A stretch of DNA of 64,000 bases from Mobula hypostoma. Lineage: Eukaryota. Location of the stretch: contig NC_086097.1 in assembly GCF_963921235.1 (NCBI RefSeq), forward strand, positions 4,154,001 through 4,218,000. Direction: 5' to 3'. The position numbers and the translations under genes were made by a program. This document shows, piece after piece, positions 37,551-51,255 of this stretch. The notes beneath the pieces are model-generated. The model made no database searches, was not told where the DNA came from, and saw nothing but the letters and a program-made list of their open reading frames with translations. Numbering within the stretch: the first letter of the stretch is position 1; each line of letters begins with the position of its first letter.

Positions 37551-38516
37551 GGGAAATTCTACCTAGTATATGTCCAAAGTGTCTCATGTGCTATTTAACT
37601 GTGGTTATCTTTTATTTTGCATTCATGATTGTAGTTCAAAAGTGCTTTTAGACATCCCAAGAGTATGAAAGGCAGAATATTAATGGTATCTTTTCTTCTC
37701 CTTGTTTTTCACATTCTTGTTTTTAGCCCTCCTTCATCTTTGCACTTCCCTTTCTGCTTTCATCAATCTTTGGTAGTAAAACTTTTAGCTCCCTCTATTT
37801 TAATTGCTGAATTCCCTTCTACCATTCAAAATGAATGTTTTTTATCCACAGTTTTAGTTTGCTTAAAATTTTCCCATTCTGGCACAATTACCATTCTTTT
37901 ATCTCTTTAAATTCTTTGGCCTACTTCAGTGAAGTACTTAGGTGCATTTCCAATTTTAAGGAAACTGTATGGATATAACTCGTTGTTGTAAATGATTGAC
38001 TATATTAAGTGTGGTAGCTCTTTCTGCTCTCAGATCATATAGATTATAATACAGTATGAAGAAGAGTTCAGTATGAACTAGATGGGCCAAAGGACCTGTT
38101 TCTTTGCTGTAATACTCTATGACTCAATAGCGCTATAGCTCTATGAATTCTGTTATTACAAATATGAGCAATTTGCTTCATCTTTACTGGAATGTGAAGT
38201 AAGAATTTGTCATGGAAATGATTCTTGCTTGAGGGCTGCCTCCTCCACACCACTTGTGAATACCAGAATTGTAAATTGCTGATTTTTAAACTGTCAGGGT
38301 TGCAGGTCTGTCAGCTAACAGGAGAGAAGCATTAATATGTTTGTGTTGGTATGTGACAACAATAAAATAGCCTGGGATAATAATAAATGGTTTGTTTATT
38401 TTACATTTTCGACCATTCTTTTATTAACTGCAAGGCACAACACACTAATGTTATTTATTTATTATGATTATATTATAAAATTCAGAAGCATCTAAATAGT
38501 TGTATTATCTTTGCAG

Positions 38517-38624
38517 AATTAAACGGGATATTTTGCCTCTAGTGAGATCACTTTGCCAGGATGTTGAATATGAAGTTCGCTCCTGTATGTGCCGACAGCT
38601 GGAATACATAGCACAGGGAATTGG
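38517..38624 (+). CDS. PPP4R4: PPP4R4 coding exon (108 nt, phase 2 to 2)
   Basis: cag|...|gtaaat; IKRDILPLVRSLCQDVEYEVRSCMCRQLEYIAQGIG (HEAT repeat). Confidence 0.96.
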
Positions 38625-39627
38625 GTAAATATGGTAACTTACAATTACAATACGTATAAATTCATGTCAACTTGAAATAGAATTTCAGTACAACCAATAA
38701 AATCATAAATACCATAATTGAACATGTACAATGAATTTAACCAAGTTTTTCTTCCAATTAGGCAACTCAGTGCAACATTACACAAAGAAAAATATTGAAA
38801 GAAGATGGTATTCATAAACATGGTGCATGTTGATTTAAAATAGGTTTGGGTATTATCAAATAGATTAGATTATGAATTTAATATGTGTGTGCTATAGCAT
38901 TTAATCTGCATGTCTGTTACTCTAAGCTTTGCTTTTTGTTGTAACTAAGGGAAAACCTTTATGAAAATGCCTAAATCTTTAACAGATAAGTATCTTTCAT
39001 GAATTATATTTGTAATTTTTGATATTTTGTGATAACATTTTTAATTTTCATACATTGATGTGAAATAGATCGATTCGCTATTTCATATAGTGTTTCTGCA
39101 AAAGCTTTTCATTTTACTTGTACCTTACCATGTTTGTTCATATGACAATAAACTTGACATGATTCTTATTTCAAAACTAAATTTAAATTTTATCCTACAA
39201 AGTAGTATTTCCTCCATTGCAGGGAGGATTAGTAAGCAGGAACATTTTGAAATGATGATTATTCCAGGAAATGAAATAATTTCAATATATAGTAAGTTCT
39301 AAGTATTGAATTTTGATGGTAATATTTTAGCCCATTTTCTTTCAATTGATAGATTTTAATGGAACTTGCAATTCTACCATGTGTTTTGTAATAAATGCCA
39401 AGACTTTGCTGTCAGTAGTGAAGTAGTAGCACTCATTGCTCTTCTGGAGAAAGCTGCTTGCAAAAACTAAGACGATGCACTCCTTTCCCAAAACAATTGT
39501 TGCTGGACATGACTTCCAGGATCTTTGATATCTAGCACTAATGAAATTAGCCAACTGACCAAAGAACAAGTTTCAATGAAGAATTTTCATAGATAGCAAA
39601 TTGTGAAGTAAAAAATACAATGTTTAG

Positions 39628-41720
39628 GGCATAAGATAATTGAACAGAATTAGGCCATTCAGCCTTTGGAGTCTACTCTGCCACTTCATCATGGCTCATC
39701 CATTTTCCCTCTCAGTCCCAATCTCCTGCCTTCTCCCCATACGCTTTCATGCCCCGACTAACTAATCAAGAACCTATTAACCTCTGGCTTTACCAATAAC
39801 TTTGCCTCTACAGCTGCCTGTGGTAATAAATTCCACAGAATCACCACTCTCTGGCTAAAGAAACTCCTCCTCATCTCCACTCTAAATGCACGTCCCTCTA
39901 TTCTAAGGTTGTGTCCTCTGGTCTTAGACTCCTATATCATAGGAAACATCCTGTCCACTTCCACTCTATCGAGGCTTTTCAACATTGATAAGTTTCAATA
40001 AAATCTCCCCTCATTCTTTTGAATTGCAGAGAGTACAGGTCCAGAGCCATCAACCTCATATGACAAGCCTTTCAATCCCAGAATCATTTTCATAAAACTC
40101 CTTTAAACCTCATTGTCAGCATATCCTTTCCTAGACAAGGGGCCCAAAACTACTCACAATACTCCAAGTAAGGCTGCACCAGTGCTTTATAAAGCCTCAA
40201 CATTACATCCTTGCTTTTATACTCTAGTTATCTCAAAATGAATGTAACATTGCATTTGCCTTCCTCACCACTGATTCAACCAGCAAATTAACTTTTAGTG
40301 AGGACTCGCAAGTTGCTTTGCACCTCAGATTTTCGAATTTTCTCTCCATTTTGAAAATAGTCCATACTTTTATTTCTTTTACCAAAATGCATGACCATAA
40401 ACTTCCCAACACTGTATTCCTCCTGACACTTCTTTGCCCATTCTCCTAATTTGTGTAAGTCTTTCTGCAACCTCTCTGCTTCCTCAACACTACCTGCTCC
40501 TCCACCTATCTTCATATTGTCCTCAAACTTAGCCCTAAAGCCACCAAATCCATCATCCAAATCATTGATATATAATGTAAAAGAATCAGTCCCATCATAG
40601 ATCCCTGTGGAACACCACTAGTCACTGGCAGCCAACCAGAAAAGGCTCTCTTTATTCCCACTCTTTGCCTCCTGCCAATTAGCTAATGCTCTATCCATGC
40701 TAGTATATTTCCTGTAATATCACGGGTTCTTAACTTGTTAAGCAGCCTTGTCAAAAGCTTTCTGAGACTCCAAGCACACAACATCAGTCAATTTTCCTTT
40801 GTCTATCCTATTTATCATTTCCTCAATGAATTTCAACAGATTTGTCAGGGAGGATTTCCCCTTAAGGCAATCATGCTGACTTCCAGCCTTTTGATTACGT
40901 GCCTCCAAGTACCCCGAAACTACATCCTTAAATATCGACTCCAACATCTTCTCAATCAGTGAGGTCAGACTAACTGCTCTATAATTTCCTTTCTTCTGCC
41001 TCTCTCCCTTCTTGAAGAGCGGAGCGACATTTGCAATTTTCCAGTCCACTGGAACCATGCCAGAATCTATTGATGCTTAAAAGATCATTACTAATGTCTC
41101 ATAATCTCTTTATCCATTTCTTTTAGAAACCTAGGTTGTACACCATCTGGCCCAGGTGACTTATCTACCTTTAGACCTTTCTGTTTCCCAAGCATCTTCT
41201 CTATAGTAATGGCAATTTCACTCACTTCTGTTCCCGGACACTCTTGAACCTCTGGCATACTGTTAGTGTCTTCTACTGTGAAGACTGATGCAAACTAATT
41301 ATTTAGTTCATCCACCATTTCCTGGTCCCCCATTACTACCTCTCTAGCATCATATTCCAGTGGTCCAATATCTACTCTCGCCTCTCTTTTACACTTTCTG
41401 TATCTGAAGAAACTTTTGATATCCTCTTTAATATTATTGGCCAGCTTACCTTTCTATTTTTTTCCTCCTTTATGAACTTTTAAAATTGCTTTTTGTTGTT
41501 TTTTAAAAGCTTCTCAATACTCTAGCTTCCCACTAATTTTTGCTCCATTATATGCCCTTCCTTTAGCTTCAATATTGGTTTTGATTTCTTTTGTTAGCCA
41601 CAGTTTTGCATCTTCTCCCTTTAGAAGACTTCCTTTTCAGTGGGATGTATCTATTTTGTGCCTTCCTACTTGCTGCTTTGTCATTATCCTTGCTGATATT
41701 TCCTTTAAGCCAAGTTTGGC
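39628..41720 (-). mobile_element. Degraded CR1 ORF2/3' fragment
   Basis: VPVDWKIANVAPLFKKG, KAFDK. Confidence 0.85.
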
Positions 41721-43042
41721 CATCTCCTCTCTCATTGAATTGAATTGAATGATCTTTATTGTCATTATACATAGGTACGATGAAACTCTGTCTGGCATCC
41801 TCTCAGGCAATTAACTAAAGCGGTAGATAAAAAACAAGACAGAAATAGAAAAACAGTATTAAATAGATAAGTAGCAGAAAATAAATTGCAGCAGCACCAG
41901 TCTATCACAGTAATGCACAAAGTGTCGTTAGTGCAAGTATTTGAGTCCTTGTGTGATGCCTTTGTAATTCCCTTTACTCCACTGTAATATTGATACATCT
42001 GACTTAGCTTCTTCTCAAATTGCAAGGTGAATTCTATCATATTATGATTCCTTTACCTTAAGATCTCCAAACAATTCTGGCTTAGCTTAAATATTTAACA
42101 GAATATAAATAAATTATGGAAAAATGCACATAGAAATAAATTAAACTGCTTTGTCTTGAACTTTAAAAATAATTGATAAATCCACGTTTGTCAAATTTTG
42201 GAATATTAGTCTGCAGTAAAAGAAATCAACAAAATATTTGGATTTTATGGCTCAGGAATTATGATGGTTTAGCTCACCACCAAAAATTTTACAATATCCC
42301 ATATTACAAAGAAAATTCCATTTTTAAAAACAAAATTAATGATTTATAAACATCTCATGTTCTCATCAATTACTGATCTCTACAAATTATGTTTGAGGTG
42401 ATTGTTACCTAATACATGAGCAGGGAATATTAAGACCTTAGATGTTTTGAAGTTCTGTTGTTAGATTTCCTGGCGGCCTTGCTATTACTGTGCTGACAAA
42501 AAGTATTCACCTCACCCACCCCCCCCTGGAAGTTTTCATGTTTTTTTGTTTTACAGCATTGAATCACTGTGGATTTAATTTGACTTTTTTAACACTAATC
42601 AACAGAAAAAGACTCATGTCAAAGTGAAAACATCTCTGCAAAGTGGTCTAAATTAATTACAAAGATAAAACACAAAATAATTGATTGCATAGGTATTCCC
42701 CACCATTCTTTAATATGACACACTGAATCATCACTGGTGCAGCCAATTGGTTTTAGAAGTCACATAATAAGTTAAATGGAGATCTGTTTTTGGAGACCTA
42801 TGTGTATTCAAGGTGTTTTAATTGATTGTAGTAAAAACACACCTGGATCTGGAAGATCCAGCTGCTGGTGAGATGGTATCCAGCAAAAACTATACCATGT
42901 GGACAAAAGAATACTCCAAGCAACTCTTGTGAAAAGTTTATTGAAAAGCACAAGTCAGAAGATGGATGCAAGAAAATTTCCAAGTCACTGAATATCCCTT
43001 GGCATAGAGTGAAGTCAATCATCAAGAAATGGAAAGAATATG

Positions 43043-45745
43043 TGATAGAGAGGGTGGAAAAGGGGGAGGAGGGGTGGCATTACTGGTCAGGGATACTATT
43101 ACAGCTACAGAAAGGGTGGGTAATGTAGCAGGATCCTCTTTTGAGTCAATATGGGTGGAAGTCGGGAACAGGAAGGGAGCAGTTACTCTACTGGGGGTAT
43201 TCTATAGGCCCCCTGGTAGCAGCAGAGATACAGAGGAGCAGATTGGGAGGCAGATTTTGGAAAGGTGTAAAACTAACAGGGTTGTTATCATGGGTGACTT
43301 TAACTTCCCTAGTATTGATTGGCACCTGATTAGTTTGAAGGGTTTAGATAGGGCAGAATTTGTTAAGTGTGCCCAGGATGGATTCCTGTCACAGTATGTG
43401 GACAGACCGACCAGGGGGAATGCCATACTAGATCTAGTACTAGGTAATGAACCGGGTCAGGTCACAGATCTCTCAGTGGGTGAGCATCTGGGGGACAGTG
43501 ACCACCGCTCCCTGGCCTTTAGCATTATCATGGAAAAGGATAGAATCAAAGAGGACAGGAAAATTTTTAATTGGGGAAAGGCAAATTATGAGGCTATAAG
43601 GCTAGAACTTGCGGGTGTGAATTGGGATGATGTTTTTGCAGGGAACTGTACTATGGACATGTGGTCGATGTTTAGAGATCTCTTGCGGGATGTAAGGGAT
43701 AAATTTGTCCTGGTGAGGAAGATAAAGAATGGTAGGGTGAAGGAACCATGGGTGACAAGTGAGGTGGAAAATCTAGTCAGGTGGAAGAAGGCAGCATACG
43801 TGAGGTTTAGGAAGCAAGGATCAGATGGGTCTATTGGGGAATATAGGGAAGCAAGAACGGAGCTTAAGAAGTGGCTGAGAAGAGTAAGAAGGGGCTGAGA
43901 AGAGCAAGAAGGGGGCATGAGAAGGCCTTGGCGAGTAGGGTAAAGGAAAACCCCAAGGCATTCTTCAATTATGTGAAGAAAAAAAGGATGACAGGAGTGA
44001 AGGTAGGACAGATTAGAGATAATGGTGGGAAGATGTGCCTGGAGGCTGTGGAAGTGAGCGAGGTCCTCAATGAATACTTCTCTTTGGTATTCACCAATGA
44101 GAGGGAACTTGATGATGGTGAGGACAATATGAGTGAGGTTGATGTTCTGGAGCATGTTGATATTAAGGGAGAGGAGGTGTTGGAGTTGTTAAAATACATT
44201 AGGACAGATAAGTCCCCGGGGCCTGACGGAATATTCCCCAGGCTGCTCCACGAGGCGACAGAAGAGATTGCTGAGTCTCTGGCTAGGATCCTTATGTCCT
44301 CGTTGTCCATGGGAATGGTACCGGAGGATTGGAGGGAGGCGAATGTTGTTCCCTTGTTCAAAAAAGGTAATAGGGATAGTTCGGGTAATTATAGACCAGT
44401 GAGCCTTACGTCTGTGGTGGGAAAGCTGTTGGAAAAGATTCTTAGAGATAGCATCTAGAGAATCATGGCCTGATCAGGGACAGTCAGCATGGCTTTGTGA
44501 AGGGCAGATCGTGTCTAACAAGCCTCATAGAGTTCTTTGAGGAGGTGACCAGGCATATAGATGAGGGTAGTGTAGTGGATGTGATCTATATGGATTTTAG
44601 TAAGGCATTTGACAAGGTTCCACATGGTAGGCTTATTCAGAAAGTTAGAAGACATGGGATCCAGGGAAGTTTGGCCAGGTGGATTCAGAATTGGCTTGCC
44701 TGCAGAAGGCAGAGGGTGGTGGTGGAGGGAGTACATTCAGATTGGAGGATTGTGACTAGTGGTGTCCCGGAAGGATCTGTTCTGGGACCTCTACTTTTCG
44801 TGATTTTTATTAACGACCTGGATGTCGGGGTAGAAGGGTGGGTTGGCAAGTTTGCAGATGACACAAAGGTTGGTGGTGTTGTAGATAGTGTAGAGGATTG
44901 TCAAAGATTGCAGAGAGACATTGATAGGATGCAGAAGTGGGCTGAGAAGTGGCAGATGGAGTTCAACCCGGAGAAGTGTGAGGTGCTACACTTTGGAAGG
45001 ACAAACTCCAAGGCAGAGTACAAAGTAAATGGCAGGATACTTGGTAGTGTGGAGGAGCAGAGGGATCTCGGGGTACATGTCCACAGATCCCTGAAAGTTG
45101 CCTCACAGGTGGATAGGGTAGTTAAGAAAGCTTATGGGGTGTTAGCTTTCATAAGTAGAGGGATAGAGTTTAAGAGTCGCGATGTAATGATGCAGCTCTA
45201 TAAAACTCTGGTTAGGCCACACTTGGAGTACTGTGTCCAGTTCTGGTCACCTCACTATAAGAAGGATGTGGAAGCATTGGAAAGGGTACAGAGGAGATTT
45301 ACCAGGATGCTGCCTGGTTTAGAAAGTATGCATTATGATCAGAGATTAAGGGAGCTAGGGCTTTACTCTTTGGAGAGAAGGAGGATGAGAGGAGACATGA
45401 TAGAGGTGTACAAGATAATAAGAGGAATAGGTAGAGTGGATAGCCAGCGCCTCTTCCCCAGGGCACCACTGCTCAATACAAGAGGACATGGCTTTAAGGT
45501 AAGGGGTGGGAAGTTCAAGGGGGATATTAGAGGAAGGTTTTTTACTCAGAGAGTGGTTGGTGCGTGGAATGCACTGCCTGAGTCAGTGATGGAGGCAGAT
45601 ACACTAGTGAAGTTTAAGAGACTACTAGACAGGTATATGGAGGAATTTAAGGTGGGGGCTTATATGGGAGGCAGGGTTTGAGGGTCGGCACAACATAGTG
45701 GGCCGAAGGGTCTGTACTGTGCTGTACTATTCTATGTTCTATGTT
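43043..45745 (+). mobile_element. Young 5'-truncated CR1 (EN part, RT, 3' UTR)
   Basis: ORFs 43029-43898, 43871-44458 and 44497-45681; (TTCTATG)n tail. Confidence 0.92.
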
Positions 45746-46490
45746 GTATGTAACCGGTGTAAATCAGCCTCAAGCAGGCCGTCCTCAGAAACTGAGTGAC
45801 TGTGCAAGAAGGGGACTCGTGAGGGAGGCCACCAAGGGACCTATGATAAATCTGGGGGAGTTACAAGCTTCAGTGGCTGAGATGGTTGAGAGTGCTCATA
45901 CAACAACTGTTGCTCGGGTGCTTCACCAGTTGCAGCTTTAAGGGAGAGTGGCTTGAGAAAGGCACTGTTGGGGTAAAAAAAAAATTCACATGAAATCTCA
46001 GCTGGAGTTTACTAGAAGGCATGTGGAAAACTCTAAAGTCAGCTGGAAGTAGGTTCTATGGGCTGATGAAACCAAAATTGAGCTTTTTGGCCATCAGACT
46101 AAGTACTATGTTTGGCATAAGCCAAACACCACACATCATCAACAACACACCATCCCTACTGTGAAACATGGTGGTGGCTGCATCATGCTGTGGGGATGCT
46201 TCTCTGCAGCATGCCCTGGAAGGCTTGTGAAAGTAGAGGGTAAAATGAATGCTGCAAAATACAGAGAAATCCTGGAGGAAAACCTGATACAGTCTGCAAG
46301 AGAACTGCAACTTGGGAGAAGATTTGTTTTCTAGCAAGACAATGACGCCAAGCACAAAACCAAAGCTACACAGGATTGGCTTAAAAACAACAAAGTTGAT
46401 GTCCTGGAGTGGCCAGATCAGAGTTCAGACATCAATCCAATTGAGAATTTGTGGTTGGACTGGAAGAGGGCTGTTCACTCACTATCCCCA

Positions 46491-47700
46491 TCCCTATCAT
46501 CACCTGCTGAACTGTGTCTACGCCCACCTGGACAAGCCAGCGAGCACTGTGAGGGTCATGTTTTTTGACTTCTCCAGTGCGTTCAACACCATCCGCCCTG
46601 CTCTGCTGAGGGAGAAGCTGACAGCGATGCAGGTGGATGCTTCCCTGGTATCATGGATTCTTGATTACCTGACTGGCAGACCACAGTACATGTGCTTGCA
46701 ACACTGTGTGTCCGACAGAGTGATCAGCAGCACTGAGGCTCCACAGGGGACTGTCTTGTCTCCCTTTCTCTTCACTATTTACACCTCAGACTTCAACTAC
46801 TACACAGAGTCTTGTCATCTTCAGAAGTTTTCGGACGATTCTGCCATAGTTGGATGCATCAGCAAGGGAGATGAGGCTGAGTACAGGGCTACGGTAGGAA
46901 GCTTTGTCACATGGTGTGAGCAGAATTATCTGCAGCTTAATGTGAAAAAGACTAAGGAGCTGGTGGTAGACCTGAGGAGAGCTAAGGTACCGGTGACCCC
47001 TCTTTTCATCCAGGGGGTCAGTGTGGACATGGTGGAGGATTACAAGTACCTGGGGATATGAATTGACAATAAACTGGACTGGTCAAAGAACATTGAGGCG
47101 GTCTATAAGAAGGGTCAGAGCCGTCTCTATTTCCTGAGAAGACTGAGGTCCTTTAACATCTGCTGGACAATGCTGAGGATGTTCTATGAGTCTGTGGTGG
47201 CCAGTGCTATCATGTTTGCTGTTGTGTGCTGGGGCAGCAGGCTGAGGGTGGCAGACACCAACAGAATCAACAAATTCATTCGTAAGGTCAGTGATGTTGT
47301 GGGGATGGAACTGGACTCTCTGTCAGTGGTGTCCGAAAAGAGGATGCTGTCTAAGTTGCATGCCATCTTGGTCAATGTCTCCCATCCACTACATAATGTA
47401 CTGGGTGGGCACAGGAGTACATTCAGCCAGAGACTCATTCCACCGAGATGCAGCACTGAGCATCATAGGAAGTCATTCCTGCCTGTGGCCATCAAACTTT
47501 ACAACTCCTCCCTTGGAGGGTCAGACACCCTGAGCCAATAGGCTGGTCCTTGAATTATTTCATAATTTACTGGCATAATTTACATATTACTATTTAACTA
47601 TTCATGGTTCTATTATTAGTTATTATTTATGGAGCAAATGTGACGAAAACCAATTTCCCCTGGGATTAATAAAGTAGGACTATGACTATGACTATGACTG
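46491..47700 (+). mobile_element. Rex1-like LINE RT/3' fragment
   Basis: VRVMFFDFSSAFNTIRP, PQGTVLSPFLF, KFSDD; tail AATAAA..(GACTAT)n. Confidence 0.88.
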
Positions 47701-48204
47701 ACAGAGCTTGTGCAGTTTGGTAAAGAAGAATGGGGAAAAATTGCAGTGTCCAGATGTGCAAAGCTGATAGAGACCTATCCACAGAGACTCAAGGCTGTAA
47801 TTGCATCTACTGAATATTGACCTGAAGGGGGTGAATACTCATACAATCAATTATTTTGTGTTTTATATTTGTAATTGATTTAGATCACTTTGTAGAGATC
47901 TGTTTTCACTTTGGCATGAAAGAGTCTTTTTCTGTTGATAAGTGTCGGAAAAATCAAAATAAAATCCACTGTGATTCAATGTTGTCAAATAATAAAACAT
48001 GAAAACTTCAAGTGGGGTGAATACTTTTTATGGACACTGTATTTGATTTTGCAAATTTGTGGATTGGCTTTGGATGCAATTTTCTGCACTTATTGTTTTC
48101 TGTGCAATGGGTTAAATTGTTAAAATTCTACAGAACTTTTACAGCTCGAAACACGTAATCAGTAAAAAATTATCTCTTCTGTTTTATGGAATTTATGTAA
48201 GATT

Positions 48205-50735
48205 AAGCAGTTAACACAGCTCAGGGCGAGAGAGTTTGGAGCTCAGCTCTGGCGTCTTCCGTAAGAAAGTTTATTCATTCTTCCAGTGTATGCGTGGGTT
48301 TCGTCCAGAGTTCTGGTTTCCTCCCACTGTCCAAAGACGTACTGGTTAGTAGGTTAATTGGTATTGTAATTTGTCCTGGAAAGATACCCTAGCAGGGATG
48401 ACAGTGGAACAACAATGGCAGGTATTTCTGGGAATAATGCAGAAGGTGCAGGATCAGTTCATTCCAAAGAGGAAGAAAGATTCTAAGGGGAGTAAGGGGA
48501 GACTGTGGCTGACAAGGGAAGTCAAGGACAGTATAAAAATAAAAGAGAAGTATAACATAGCAAAGATGAGCAGGAAGCCAGAGGATTAGGAAACTTTTAA
48601 AGAGCAACAGAGGATAACCAAAAAGGCAATACGGGGAGAAAAGATGACATACGAAGGCAAGCTAGCCAAGAATATAAAGGAGGATAGTAAAAGCTTCTTT
48701 AGGTATGTGGAGAGGAAAAAATTAGTTAAGACCAAAGTTGGGCCCTTGAAGACAGAAACGGGTGAATTTATTATGGGGAACAAGGAAATGGCAGACAAGT
48801 TGAACAGGTACTTTGGATCTGTCTTCACTAGGGAAGACACAAACAATCTCCCAGATGTAATAGTGGCTGGAGGACCTAGGGTAACGGAGGAACTGAAGGA
48901 AATTCACATTAGGCAGAAAATGGTGTTGGGTAGACTGATGGGACTGAAGGCTGATAAATCCCCAGGGTACTTAAGGAGGTGGCTCTAGAAATTGGGGAGG
49001 CATTGGTAATTATTTTCCAATTTTCTATAGATTCAGGATCAGTTCCTGAGGACTGGAGGGTAGCTAATGTTATGCCACTTTTTAAGAAAGGAGGGAGAGA
49101 AAAAACAGGGAATTATAGACCAGTTACCTTGACATCAGTGGTGGGGAAGATGCTGGAGTCAATTATAAAAGATGAAATAGCGGCACATTTGGATAGCAGT
49201 AACAGGATCGGTCCGAGTCAGCATGGATTTACAAAGGGGAAATCATGCTTGACTAATCTTCTGAAATTTTTTGAGGATGTAACTATGAAAATGGACAAGG
49301 GAGAGCCAGTGGATGTAGTGTACCTGGGCTTTCAGAAAGCCTTTGATAGGGTCCCACATAGGAGATTAGTGGGCAAAATTAGAGCACATGGTATTGGGGG
49401 TAGGGTACCGACATGGATAGAAAATTGGTTGGCAGACAGGAAACAAAGTGTAGGGATTAACGGGTCCCTTTCAGAATGGCAGGCGGTGACTAGTGGGGTA
49501 CCGCAAGACTCGGTGCTGGGACTGCAGCTATTTACAATAGACATTAATGATTTAGATGAAGGGATTAAAAGTAACATTAGCAAATTTGCAGATGACACAA
49601 AGTTGGGTGGCAGTGTGAAATGTACAGAGGATGTTGAGATAGTGCAGGATGACTTGGACAGGTTGGGTGAGTGGGCAGATGCATGGCAGATGCAGTTTAA
49701 TGTGGATAAACATTTGTTGTTTTGTTGGGGGTTTTTGTATTGCTATATTTACGTTCTATTCTTGGTTGGTGCGGCTGTAACGAAACCAAATTTCCCTCGG
49801 GATTAATAAAGTATATCTATCTATCTATAAATGTGAGGTTATCCACTTTGGTGGCAAGAACAGGAAGGCAGATCACTATTTGAATGGTGTCAAGTTAGGA
49901 AAAGGGGAAGTACAATGAGATCTAGGTGTCCTTATTCATCAGTCACTGAAAGTAAGCATGCAGGTACAGCAGGCAGTGAAGAAAGCTAATGGCATGCTGG
50001 CCTTCATAACAAGGGGAGTTGAGTGTAGGAGCAAAGAGGTCCTTCTGCAGTTGTACAGGGCCCTGGTGAGACCACACCTGGAGTATTGTGTACAGTTTTG
50101 GTCTTCAAATTTGAGGAAGGACATTCTTGCTATTGAGGGAGTGCAGCGGAGGTTCACGAGGTTAATTCCGAGGTGGCGGAACTGTCATATATTGAAAGAT
50201 TGGAGCGACTGGGCTTGTATACACTGGAATTTAGAAGGATGAGAGTGGATCTGATTGAAACATATGAGATTATTAAGGGATTGGACACGCTAAAGGCAGG
50301 AAACACGTTCCTGATGTTGGGGGAGTCCAGAACCAGAGGCCACAATTTGAGAATAAGGGGTCGGCCATTTAGTACGGAGTTAAGGAAAAACTTTTTCACC
50401 CAGAGAGTTGTGGATCTGTGGAATGCTCTGCCTCAGAAGGCAGTGGAGGCCAATTCTCTGGATGCTTTCAAGAAAGAGTTAGAGTTAAGGAGTTCTTAAT
50501 GATAGCGGAGTCAAGGGATATGGGAAGAAGGCAACAACGGGGTACTGATTGTGGATGATCAGCCATGATCACAGTGAATGGCGGTGCTAGCTCGAAGGGC
50601 CGAATGGCCTACTCCTGCTCCTATTGTCTATTGTCCTGTGATTAGGGTTAAATCAGTGGGTTGCTGGACTGTGCAGCTCATTGGGTTGGAAGGGCCTGTT
50701 CAGTGCTGTATCTCTAAATAAAATAAAATAAAATA
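48205..50735 (+). mobile_element. V-SINE-like element split by a CR1 insertion (48379-50630)
   Basis: V-domain GCGTGGGTTT..GGTTTCCTCCCACTGTCCAAAGAC; TTGTCCTG duplicated at 48371-48378 and 50631-50638; (TAAAA)n tail. Confidence 0.75.
48379..50630 (+). mobile_element. CR1 RT/3' fragment containing a ~118-bp Rex-type tail insertion (49711-49828)
   Basis: ORFs 48644-48988, 48979-49806, 49958-50242 and 50173-50499; ATAAA duplicated around the small insert. Confidence 0.88.
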
Positions 50736-50924
50736 AACCTAAATAGAAGTTGTCACCATGCAAGTTTAATCTATTCGTGACATTTTTGATCAAATATATT
50801 CGTCTGCAGGTTACTGCTGCAATTTACATGCAAGTTATTTTGTTAGGAATTGAAATAATGAAATGCTTAGGAAACAAAAATTTTCACACAAATGTCTGTT
50901 TTTTTATTTATTTTCATTACACAG

Positions 50925-51046
50925 TGTTGAACAGACAAAAACTGCAATACTTCCAGAGTTAGTGGAGTTGGCTAGAGATGAAGGGAGTACTGTACGTGTT
51001 GCTGCATTTGACACCATTGTTAACCTGCTCGTGATGTTTGACAGTG
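50925..51046 (+). CDS. PPP4R4: PPP4R4 coding exon (122 nt, phase 2 to 1)
   Basis: cag|...|gtaagt; VEQTKTAILPELVELARDEGSTVRVAAFDTIVNLLVMFDS. Confidence 0.95.
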
Positions 51047-51255
51047 GTAAGTTAATATGAGAAAGTAAATTAGTATGTTTTGAAATCATGGCAAATTCTA
51101 AATGTTGAATATTGATAACTATAAAAGGAACATTTTCACTCCAATTTACACATCAACAAATTTCAAGTGAAATTTCAAATGATACTAATTATCATATGAT
51201 CTATGAATCTATCATATATGAGACTGTGCTTATTTGGTGTAATCTTATGAAACTG

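Larger units (their letters stand above)
42488..48039 (+). mobile_element. Tc1 transposon (same family as 23204-24866) split by CR1 and Rex insertions
   Basis: TA-flanked TIRs; transposase pieces at ~42895-43042, ~45750-46490 and ~47700-47820. Confidence 0.88.

Noticed and set aside
43872..43916. Tandem repeat GGCTGAGAAGAG(T/C)AAGAAGG
   Set aside because: Short slippage duplication that frameshifts a dead CR1; no array structure
46312..47061. ORFs spanning TE junctions (also 42868-43128, 35234-36175, 61642-62208)
   Set aside because: Accidental read-through across insertion breakpoints; the fused leaders are short and mostly out of frame or non-coding
50863..51060. 65-aa ORF as a standalone gene
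   Set aside because: It is the PPP4R4 exon 50925-51046 extended into intron on both sides
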